Shown piece after piece: positions 54,401 through 64,000 of a stretch of DNA of 64,000 nt (within the stretch, counting starts at the first letter, position 1; each line of letters opens with the position of its first letter). The position numbers and the translations under genes are program-made. The stretch spans positions 132,806,001 through 132,870,000 of the forward strand of contig NW_024704742.1 in assembly GCF_018977255.1 (NCBI RefSeq), written 5' to 3'. Under the pieces are notes generated by a model. That model ran no database searches. It was not told where the DNA came from and saw only the letters and a list, made by a program, of their open reading frames with translations. This DNA is from Callorhinchus milii. Taxonomy: Eukaryota.

Positions 54401-56149
54401 TGGTTATCTTGTGTATATATAGATATATATATATGTGTGTGTATGTATATATTCCTTCGCTACCACCATTCACTCAAAAAAATTCTTAATTTGCTGCTCT
54501 GCTCATCACTGTGTGTGAATTGTCACGGGTGCAAATTAACTGCCGTGTTTGCCTCCATTAACAACGTGTACTTTATTCCTGGGTACTCTCATCCTGTAAA
54601 ACGCTTTGAGACGTTTCTCTTATATGTTGATTTCTCCTTCCCTCCTCCCTCCCTCCTTCCCCTCCCTCTCCCTTGGTCAAAGAGTCTTCTAACAATTAGC
54701 CCTAGGTTCATGTAAGGCACTGTTGATTGTCTGATACCCATGGCTTGAGTCAGTGACTCGCGTGCGAGAGGAGAAATAAACTAAAGCACAAAGGTTTCAC
54801 TATACTGACATAGTGGCTGTGTGCTCCTCACACAGGCATTGATCCAGATTGTAGGTATCTGCTCTCCTCCCCGCTAGATCAAAAACAACCGATATCTCCA
54901 AGCCAAGACAATCAAAAGGCAATTAATAGTTTTCAGATCAATCCACCTCCTGTCGCTACTTCCCCCTTTTTGTGTATCTGAGTCAATTACACACTGAGTG
55001 CAATTCACAAACCCTCCTTATCTTGAGCTGTGCAGATCCACCACAGCTACAGCACATGTACTACACTTTCCTCGCAGTGAGAAGAGAAACACAAGCTTCT
55101 CTTAAGCAATCGTCTCCTTGTAAATGCCCATATTTGAAGCAACAGCAATCCTTGCATTTAACAAGAACAACAAATTACATTTTTTATAGCACATTGCAGC
55201 CTTACTGTGAATATTAATAAGGTTCATAGTAATCCTTGCATTTGATATGGCGCGTTATCACTTCGTTGAGACGTCTCAAAGCGATTCACAGCATGTATTG
55301 TAAAGTGAATTGCCTGTGTATTTTGTAGGCGAAACGAAGGAGCAAATTGCGCACAGCAGTGTCCCGCAAACAATCGTGGATCGAGTGACCAAATTCTGAG
55401 CGACCAATACCTCCGGAAAGCAATCGTAAGCGAGAGGACACGGGTTCGATTCCCGGGGTAGCGTAGTGCTTAGCGCTATCCTATGGAGTTCCGTGTTAAA
55501 TGTAGTGGCCGTGTGGACAATCTCCCACAGAACAATCATGAAGGTGAGTGAGCAATTTTAATCTGGGGTTCTGTAACTCACGACTGGAGAGGAGCAGCTT
55601 ATTTGCTAAATTCAGCAATGCTTAACAGACCTGACACTCAGTGAGGAGAGGTCAAGGGGCGCAGGGGGGTGGGGGCGAAGGAGTGCAAAAATAATCCTAA
55701 TGATCAAGGAGGTTGTTAGTGCTCCCATTTTCCATATCAAATTAAACTTGGACCATAATTAATATCTGGTACTTGGCAAATTGTAACCAGATGGTGAGGC
55801 AGCAGAAGACTGCTGGGAAACATTTCTTTCTGAATAGCTGCTGTTAACAGTGCGTGTCGCCCAGTATCACAAGGTGAATAAGCACTTAAACGTTTCTTTT
55901 AATTCTCACGCCTGGAATTTTTTTTCAGGTTTCCTTTGCTAAAATGATCGGTTTTTTTTTTGAAACTTGGTTCTACCCACCCCACAACAAGAACTCACAC
56001 TCACTCAACAGGACCGGCAGGGTATATTTTTGTAAGCGAAATGTGGCAGACGATTGCACACAGGCAATTATTATATTATTAATACTAATTTATTATTAAT
56101 CCCGTCGTGGACTGAGTTTTTAACTTTTTAAAATTGTGCAAGAGTTTAG

Positions 56150-56590
56150 ATAATACTATGATTCAGGCCTAGTTTTGTTCACTCAGGTTTAGGAAGGATG
56201 CCAGAGCCTCAGACAGCTCAGAAGAGATTTACTAGACTGATATCAGTAAATCATGAGTAGTCTGAACTATAAGCAGAGACTCCAGGAATTATGCCTATTT
56301 GTAAGAGAAAGTTGAAGGGAGACTTGACAGAGGCCTTTAAAATTATGAGGGGTTTTGATAAAGTCGATAGGGAGACATTATTTCCATTGGTCGATGAGTC
56401 AGTGACTACAGGGCATCAATTTAAATTCATTAAGCAAGGGAGGAAACGGAGACATTAGGAGGAATTTTGTTTTGCACATAGAGAGAATTGTTAAGTTGTG
56501 GAACGATCTGCCGGGTGTGATGGTTGAAGCAAAATCCTTCTTAGCTTTCAAAAGAAAACTAAACAGATAACAAAAAGGGAATCGTTTACA
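56150..56590 (+). mobile_element. Old CR1 LINE fragment
   Basis: cagaagagatttactagactgat (QKRFTRLI), gggagacttgacagaggcctttaaaattatgagggg (GDL.E.FKIM.G), tggaacgatctgcc (WNDLP). Confidence 0.75.
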
Positions 56591-57284
56591 GGGGTAAATT
56601 CTGCCCTAAACTTAAACTGCGGTTCTGAACTTAATTTGGAACAATGCTCGGGGAACGTTAGATTGTCAGAGGTGCCATCCTCTAAGTGAGATAGTAATGT
56701 TAAATAATAATAATTATTAAATAATAATAATCCTTGCATTTGATATAGCGCCTTATCACGACATCAAGACGACTTAAAGCGCATCACAGAGTATGCTGTA
56801 ATGTGAATTGACAGTATAGTTTTTGGACGAATCCCAGGTTCCGTCTGCCTATTCAATTAGACACTAAAAATCTCATGGCGTTATTCACTGGGAGAAACTC
56901 CTTTCTCTTTCCGAATAGCGCCATGGGATCTTTAACGTCCACCTCAACAGGCAAACGGGACCTCGGTTTAACTTTTCATCTGAAGGAGGGCATTGCCGAC
57001 AATGCAGTGTATTGGAGCAATGTAGTGGAGCTGAGAGTTTTGAAGTCCCGATGTGGAGCTTTAGCAGGAATTACACAAACTGTAATTGCAATGGTCTCGC
57101 CACACAACAGGATAAGTAAGCCGCACCTTCGTATTAGAAGGCTTGAATGCACAAATTTAAAGAAGTGAGGAAGGGGGAAAAATCCTGAGCACAGCAGGGA
57201 TTTGTACACATCATGCAATTGTCTATAATGTGTCCGTGCTCTGAACCCTGTTCAACAATACCAACCTGCCCACTCCCTCTGGTC

Positions 57285-57572
57285 GGTGGCACTGGCCTGC
57301 TTCATATCCCTCACACTGAACGTCCCGCCATCAGCGGTCAGGCCTTCAACCTTTCTGCTCCCACTCTCTGGAACCCCATTCCGAAGTTACTTCACCTCGC
57401 CCCTTCCCTCACCTCCTTCAAGGTCCATCTCAAGACCTTCCTCTGTGACCATGCCTTCAATCATCTTCTTCCCCCACCAGCTCAGGTGCGAGTCCTTGAC
57501 TGTCTAGCGCCTTAGGACGTCCTCCAGACGTGAAGGGCGCTATATAAATGTAATGTGCTGTTGTTGTTGTTT
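57285..57572 (+). mobile_element. L2 LINE 3' fragment
   Basis: AFNLSAPTLWNPIP...FKVHLKTFL, then the tail and (TTG)n. Confidence 0.8.
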
Positions 57573-58289
57573 AAACAATAGACTCGTAAGTCAAAGTATA
57601 GCTTTGAACTAGCATTGCACTGAATCATTCCCGATTTACACCACGACTTCCAGACAGAAATGGTGCTGGATTCAGAGCATCAGAAATCATTGCAAAGCCA
57701 AAAAGAGTACATTTGAGTAAAAGACATTAAAATTTTTCTTTTAAACACAGGACAGTAATTGTGCAATGACAGTTACTACAGGTAAACGGAGCTTTCCGCT
57801 TGTTAAACCGAGTGAATTTCTTTCCGAGAAAGAGTGACACACATATCCCTGCCGTATTATCCATATAAATAATTACAAGCAGAGCAAAAAAAAATCTGTC
57901 CTGGATTTTCTCTTTGAAAGTCATCACAATCCTTACATTTGGTGCAGCGCCCTTCACAACGGGAGGATATATAATAAAGTGCATTGATTGTGTGTGCTTT
58001 TTGTAGGTGAATGCAGCATCCAATTGGTGCACAGTAATGTCCCACATACAGCCATTGAAGTGAACGACTAGTTTTATCTGCGTAATTTCTGGCCAGAACA
58101 CCGGGAGAAATTCCCTTCTCTTTTCGAATAGTGCCACAGGATCTTTAACGTCCACCTGAGCAATCAGACACAACCCAAGTTTAACAGCACATCCGAAGGA
58201 CAGCACCTCCGACAACATCCGCACTTGCTGCAAGATATCTGATTAGTAGCAATGGTACATTTCAATTGCAATCACTTATGTTTTCAGAT

Positions 58290-58613
58290 AAAATAATAAT
58301 AATAATAATAATCCTTGCATTTGATATAGTGCTTTTCACGTCGGGAGGACGTCCCAAAGCGCTTCACAGAACATACTGTAAAGTGAATTGACTGTATATT
58401 TGTGGGCGAACGCGGCAGCCAATTGCGCACAGCAATGTCCCACAAACAGTCGTAGATTGAAAATGACCAATTAATTATTGTTTTTGGTTTTGGAGGGATT
58501 ATTATTAGGCGTGTGGAGTAAGGAAACCTGCCCAAAGTTTCGCCCGACCTGGAATTGAACTCAGGTCTCTCGCTTGCAAAGCGAGTGCTCTAACCACTGA
58601 GCTACAGGACTCC
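58290..58613 (-). mobile_element. Young tRNA-Ala-derived SINE (short form)
   Basis: Near-identical reverse complement of 40890-41215. Confidence 0.88.
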
Positions 58614-59139
58614 AAAAATAATTGTAATATAAAATACAATAATTGTAATAAAAATTTCTGTATAACCCACAAATACTGCCTTTTTTGGTGCTTTGTCGTT
58701 CCACGCCTGTTTGTGGGAGACAGCTGTGCGCAATTGGCTGCCGTGTTTTACCCACAAAACACCCAGCCAATTCACTTTACAGTGTATTCTGTGAAGCGCT
58801 TTGAGATGTCTCAACAACGCTATAAAGCGCTATATCAAATCCAAGGATTATTATTATCACTCTGCTGTCAGAGCGGTGCAAACAAAACTTAATCCTGCTG
58901 ATATATCCTCTATAGAAGGAGTGCGCGGGAATATAATGTGCAATTCAAGTCTGCAGTAGAGGTCAGGAAGCCAGGTGTTTACTCAAAGGTGAGGTGATGT
59001 TGCCCAAGTCAAAAACCATGAATGCACTCAACACTCTCGCCCTTCCCCAACACCGCCACAGCATCTGGCTGAACATGGTTTTACCAATGGGAGCAGGGAG
59101 TGAGTGTTAAAGACTGAACATGACGTCTCCCACCCCCCA

Positions 59140-59174
<35 letters not shown>

Positions 59175-59856
59175 TGATGAGGAGGTAATTGAGAGAACTC
59201 TTACTGCACGTTTTGTCACAATCCACTTAACACTTCCATCCTGGAAACCCTCGGACTCCCTCCCTCCCCTCCTTCAAGGTCTGTCTCAAAGGTCCTACCT
59301 CTTTGACTGTGCTTTCTGTCATCTTTCTGCTCCCCACCCCTTTCGTCTCCCACCCCCAGCTCGGGTGCCCAGCCAGCTGTGTTGACTGCTTTGAGACGTC
59401 CTCCCGATGTGAAACGCGCTGTGTAAATGTAAATTGTACTGTAATTTTGAAGCCACACCACATATATTTGTGTATAAACCATTCATAAGCTTTACTTCTA
59501 AACATTTCCAACTTTGACAGCTCTGTCACAGTGATGTAACCCACTGGACTTCGAACCAATAATAAGGTCAAATCTAAACTAGTCACAATATATTAAATTG
59601 CATGTTTAGTATAAGTAGTTTCGTACTTTCACTTGTTTAAAGTACTTTTTTGAACTTTAAGGCAACAGGAGAGGTGACTTTTTTAAAAATACAAGGACTA
59701 AAGGACAGTATGATCGAGACACAAAGTGTGTATATTAACTCTCCAAACAATCCAATATAAATCGGCTCCAAATGCTCGACAAACAGATGATTGACCAGAA
59801 GTTCGACTCAAAAAGAGTTTGTCCCTTTGACAAATCAGTGCCTTCACCCACTAACT

Positions 59857-60340
59857 CACCCACCTAGATAGGCGAGACACCAAGCCACCCAACCCCCCAA
59901 AAAACCACCCACCCGCTTAACCCTGCCACCCCACCCAGACACCCACACACTCAAACCGGCCACCCCACCCACACACTCAAACCGGCCGCTCACCCAACCA
60001 CTCCACCCATAACCAACCCAAACATCCCACCCCGGCACCTACACACCTAACCCAGCCACCACCCAAACCCCACCCAGACACCCACCCACTCAACCCAGCC
60101 GTCCAACCCAGATGCCTAGCCCAGCCAGACACCAACCCACCCAGCCAGACGCCAACCCAGCCAGCCAGATACCCAACCCAGACACTCACTCAACCCACTC
60201 TCAACATAGACCCAACTCACCCACCCAACTGTGCGTGTGGAGACACCCAGAAACCCAGCCACCCAGCCAGGCAGCAACCCAACTCATCCACCCAGCCAGA
60301 CGACTAGACGCGCCAGCCATCCAGACACCAATCCGCCCAT
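59857..60340. repeat. Degenerate ACCC/CAGCC minisatellite, G-rich on the minus strand
   Basis: Repeated acccagcc, acccac and acccaa units. Confidence 0.8.
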
Positions 60341-60414
60341 GAGCCAGGACCTGTTAAGGCGCGGAGCTTTTGTGACCAGCATCTGCAAAGCCCAAGACGC
60401 TCACAAGAGTATTT

Positions 60415-60422
60415 TCTTTCTC

Positions 60423-60453
<31 letters not shown>

Positions 60454-60540
60454 GTCTGTCTGTCTGTCTGTCTGCTTGTGGCAGGTAAGTTGATTCAATC
60501 GCAAAGAGAGAGAGAGAGACAGACAGATAGATAGAAAGAA
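60415..60540. repeat. (TCTG)n followed by (AG)n/(AGAC)n microsatellites
   Basis: Seen directly. Confidence 0.9.
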
Positions 60541-60660
60541 AGAGTAGAGAAGGTGGTGGAGAAGAGACAACACAAACTTGCAAAAGTGTGTGGGGGGGAG
60601 GAACAACAAAAAAAGGAAAGGATGGCATTGCTTTGCATTAATAATGATGCGGTTTCTTAC

Positions 60661-61548
60661 CTGTTTGAACTGTTCCTCGTAGGTCCACTCGTGTTGCTGT
60701 GCCTGTGACTGTGACTGGGGTTGGGGTTGGCACTGGGGTTGGCACTGGGGTTGGCACTGGGGCTGAGGGACAGCCAGTGGGGAGAGGGGCTGCCCAGCCA
60801 CACGGTAATGTTGGTGCCCAAACCTGGACAGCTGGACCGGGGTCCTTTTGGGAGAGTGTCCGGGGAGATGGTTCAGCCTCTCACCATCTCCCTCTGCCTC
60901 ACCATCTCCATCCTCCTCCTCCTCCCCATCCTCCTCCTCCTCCTCCTCCTCCTGTTGCTGCTGCTCTCTCTCCTCCTCCCCATCCTCCTCCTCCTCCACC
61001 ACCTCCTCCTCCTCCTCCTCCTCCTCCTCCTCTCCCAGCTCCTCCTCGTCCTCCCCGGGGTCGGGGTCTTGCTCCATCTCGTCCTCCTCGGACTCGGACA
61101 GCCCCGCCGGCTGCGGGGAGAGGAGGGGGCGGTGGGGATGGGGATGGGGATGGGGATGGGGGGGATGGGGGGCCCCGCTGGACCCCAGCCCGGCGTCTCC
61201 CAGCCCCGCGAGGGCTGCGGCTCTGACCGCCGCGAGGTGCTGCTGGAGCGCAGTGGCGCTCATGGGCTGCGGCTGCTTTTGCGGAGCTCGGGGGTCCCGG
61301 GGGTCCCGGGGTCTGTCCCTCTCGTCCCTCTCCCCCCTCTCCCTCTCCCTCCTCTGCCTCTCCTCCAGCTGCAGCCTGGCCTGCTGCTGCCTCTGCAGGT
61401 TCTCCATCACCGCCTCCAGCCTCATACCGTGCGGGGTTTGCGGATGCGGCTGCGGCTGCGGATGCGGCTGCGGATGCGGCGGCGGCTGCTGGTGGGGCTG
61501 AGCGCCGGCTGCGGAGATCAGGCTGAGCCCATTAGCGGCCGTTAGACC
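60661..61548 (-). CDS. ARID3C: ARID3-family (Bright/Dead ringer) transcription factor, N-terminal coding exon; best resembles ARID3C
   Basis: Translation contains MRLEAVMENLQRQQQARL (ATG at 61425; ARID3 N-terminal motif), an acidic poly-E tract, and HEWTYEEQFKQ, the start of the extended ARID region. It ends at a phase-0 donor CAG|GTAAGA (60661/60660). Upstream are a pyrimidine-rich tract and a CAGCAG acceptor (exon start 61548 or 61551), open in the same frame. Family assignment is strong; the paralog call rests on recalled HEWTYEEQFKQ and is less certain. Confidence 0.88.
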
Positions 61549-61550
61549 CT
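61040..61550. promoter_or_regulatory. CpG/GC-rich island over the 5' part of the ARID3 exon
   Basis: Dense CG dinucleotides (gcggctgcggatgcggc, ccgccgcg) compared with CpG-poor flanks. Confidence 0.55.
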
Positions 61551-61579
61551 GCTGGGTGTGTGGGGTTTTTTTTTGCAGG

Positions 61580-61611
61580 AGGGAGGGAGGGAGGGAGAGA
61601 GGGAGAGAGAG

Positions 61612-61644
<33 letters not shown>

Positions 61645-62150
61645 TAATAATGATAATAATAATAATCATTGCATTTCCTGAATATACATAAATAAATGCA
61701 CACGTGCAGATAAATACTGTATATACACATATACTCTCACACACACATATACTCTCTCTCACACACACACACATACTTACACACACACATATACTTACAC
61801 ACACATATATACTTACACACACACATACTTACACACACACATATATACTTACACACACATATATACTTACACACACACATACTTACACACACACACATAC
61901 ACACACATATACTCTCTCACACACACACACACATACACACATATACATATACACACACACACACAATTGCACATACACAGACAATTGCACACGCACAATT
62001 GAACATACATATTCGCACACACACACAATTGCACACATATGTATGTATATAGATATATATACACACGCACACACCATTGCACACGAACACACACACGCAC
62101 ACACACACATATATATATATATCACTCACACCCACACACATCAATACACT
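61580..62150. repeat. (GA)n, (CA)n and ACACACACATATACTT-type minisatellite
   Basis: Seen directly; source of the HT-rich and CV-rich ORFs. Confidence 0.9.
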
Positions 62151-63665
62151 TACATTTAAACCCCGGCAAAGAAACTCACAACTCACTCAACTTCCCGACT
62201 CTCCTTCTCTCTCTCTCTCTCTCTCGTGTGTGTGTGTGTTGTGTGCAGTGTTTTTTTTTGCTCAGCCCTCTGTCTGTGATCGATAAATATACAGTATTAT
62301 CTCAGCCCCGATTTGTGTGTGTGTTGAGAGTGGTGAAGGGGAAAGGGGAGGATAGCAAACAGCACTACACTGAGAGAGAGAGAGAGAGGGGGGGGGGTTG
62401 CAATGTGGGGTGTGTTGGGTGTGGGGGAGGTGGGAAGAGAGAGATAAAAGTTTAACTAAACTTTTAGCAATTGTTCACTTACTTTGCAACACTTTTCCCC
62501 TTCCTTTCCCTCCACAATTTCCATCCTCTTCACCACACACACACACACCCACACACATACACACACACACACATATATATATATATAACCAGCCATAAAG
62601 CAAACCAATGCAAAAAAAATCTCAATTCACACACTGCTGGGTGGGGAATTTTAAACAAAAAAATATATATATAGCAAAAAAATTTCTTAAATAACACGTC
62701 GAATCGGTTAAGAAGCATTTTTCACCAAATTCTTTTTTTTAATTAAAAAATGTAAAAAAGTAATAAACGCACCACCCACCCCCCCCCACACACACACACA
62801 TACACACAGAGAAAAAAATTGATCAAATAAAACTTTTAAATATATAATGTATATGATATATGTATATATATATATATAGTTAAAAGGCGAAGCAATGTTG
62901 GATTTGCAAAGAGATCGATGGCTTTCTGTCTCTTGCGCCTCTTTCGGTCACAAAAATCATCCCTTTTCGGTGCTTTTCTTTCATTTAAAAGACACAAACA
63001 GGCAGGAAAATATCGAAAGTTGTGAATTAAATTTGGAGAATTATAGTTACAGATAAATATGGGTTATAGTTGTACCCCATAAAACACACACACACACACA
63101 CATACACACACACAGCAACAGCAGCTGAGACCCTTTGCTTATTTATAGTACACAATTATATTTCATTGTAATTAATTACATATATATATATCAAATAATC
63201 AGTTTGCGATGTTTTTCCAACAAAAATAGATACTAACCATTCTCTATCAAATGATTGATTCAAAGTTGCTCAAAATCTCACTATCTTGGCCCGAATAGTA
63301 TTTAAGGCAAACGATAAATGTTTTCTGGTTGAAATGACTATTTTTTTTTTGACTTGCCACAACACCTCCCCCAAAACCAATTTAACACCCCCTCCCCCTC
63401 CCAAACACACACACACACACTCCCCTCCCAAACACACACACACACACACACTCCCCTCCCAAACACACACACTCCTCCACAGTTCAGGATCTCATACCCT
63501 GTCTTATCTTTAGAAATATCGACACGTACACAAAATTACTCACTTTCCAATCCCCTCCCTCCCTCCCTCCCTCTTCCCCTCCCTCCCTCCCCCCCAAAAA
63601 AAAATTCCTAATAGTTTAAGGGGTGGGGTGTTTGGAGAGAGAGGAAACTTCACTCCAGTGCTTAC

Positions 63666-63788
63666 TGTTTCCAAAGCGATAGGTTCTGTGCGGTAAACAG
63701 CGAAAGCCACACAGCAGCGCCCTTGTGCGGAAAATATGGACCTCATCGGTTCAAGCGAATCGCTTTGCCCCGAATATCTGCTGTCCAT
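63666..63788 (-). CDS. Candidate upstream coding exon of the ARID3 gene (MDSRYSGQSDSLEPMRSIFSAQGRCCVAFAVYRTEPIALET)
   Basis: Complex-sequence island between microsatellites. ATG at 63788, 41 open codons, then ACA|GTAAGC, a phase-0 donor that would join in frame to the phase-0 acceptor at 61548. Confidence 0.5.
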
Positions 63789-63809
63789 CAACCCACAGCA
63801 ACTTCCCTA

Positions 63810-64000
63810 TCCCATACACATACACACACACATACACACACACATATACATATATATACACATACATACATACATAATACATATAAACATACACACATAT
63901 ACATATATATATACATACATATATATACACACACAATAATACATATACACACACATATATATACACATACATATATACACACATGCATAATAATACATAT
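63810..64000. repeat. (CA/TA)n microsatellite
   Basis: Seen directly. Confidence 0.9.

Larger units (their letters stand above)
1..60660 (-). other. Long intron of the ARID3 gene, continuing beyond the window start
   Basis: Begins with the GTAAGA donor at 60660. The expected next exon (LYELD..PKRKEFLDDLFSFMQKRG) was not seen in the ORF track or by eye. Confidence 0.65.

Noticed and set aside
60304..60660. C-terminal part of the 439-aa ORF after EEQFKQ
   Set aside because: Read-through into the intron past a canonical GTAAGA donor, translating microsatellites.
60699..61545. Long + strand ORFs (175, 274 and 217 aa)
   Set aside because: Antisense shadows of the low-complexity ARID3 exon (poly-L, poly-S, poly-P).

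Overview
Vertebrate nuclear DNA, probably from a cartilaginous fish, possibly a chimaera or elephant shark (inferred from the repeat landscape: Deu-domain SINEs, tRNA-Ala SINEs, LF-SINE-like relics, L2 and CR1 LINE ends). The one clearly supported host gene is an ARID3-family transcription factor (Bright/Dead ringer, most like ARID3C) on the minus strand. Its large N-terminal coding exon lies at 60661-61548 (MRLEAVMENLQRQQQARL...HEWTYEEQFKQ, then a GTAAGA donor), with a candidate in-frame upstream exon at 63666-63788. I could not find the next ARID-domain exon by eye, so positions 1-60660 appear to be one intron of more than 60 kb. That intron is packed with SINE/LINE copies, often nested, between unique islands that look like enhancers. 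The most unusual item is an unclassified two-copy element (about 9180-10040 and 37900-38115) with a 36-nt identical core and four conserved hairpins showing G-U and compensatory substitutions. Most ORFs in the supplied track are microsatellite or TE artefacts. Repeat boundaries are approximate, read by eye.
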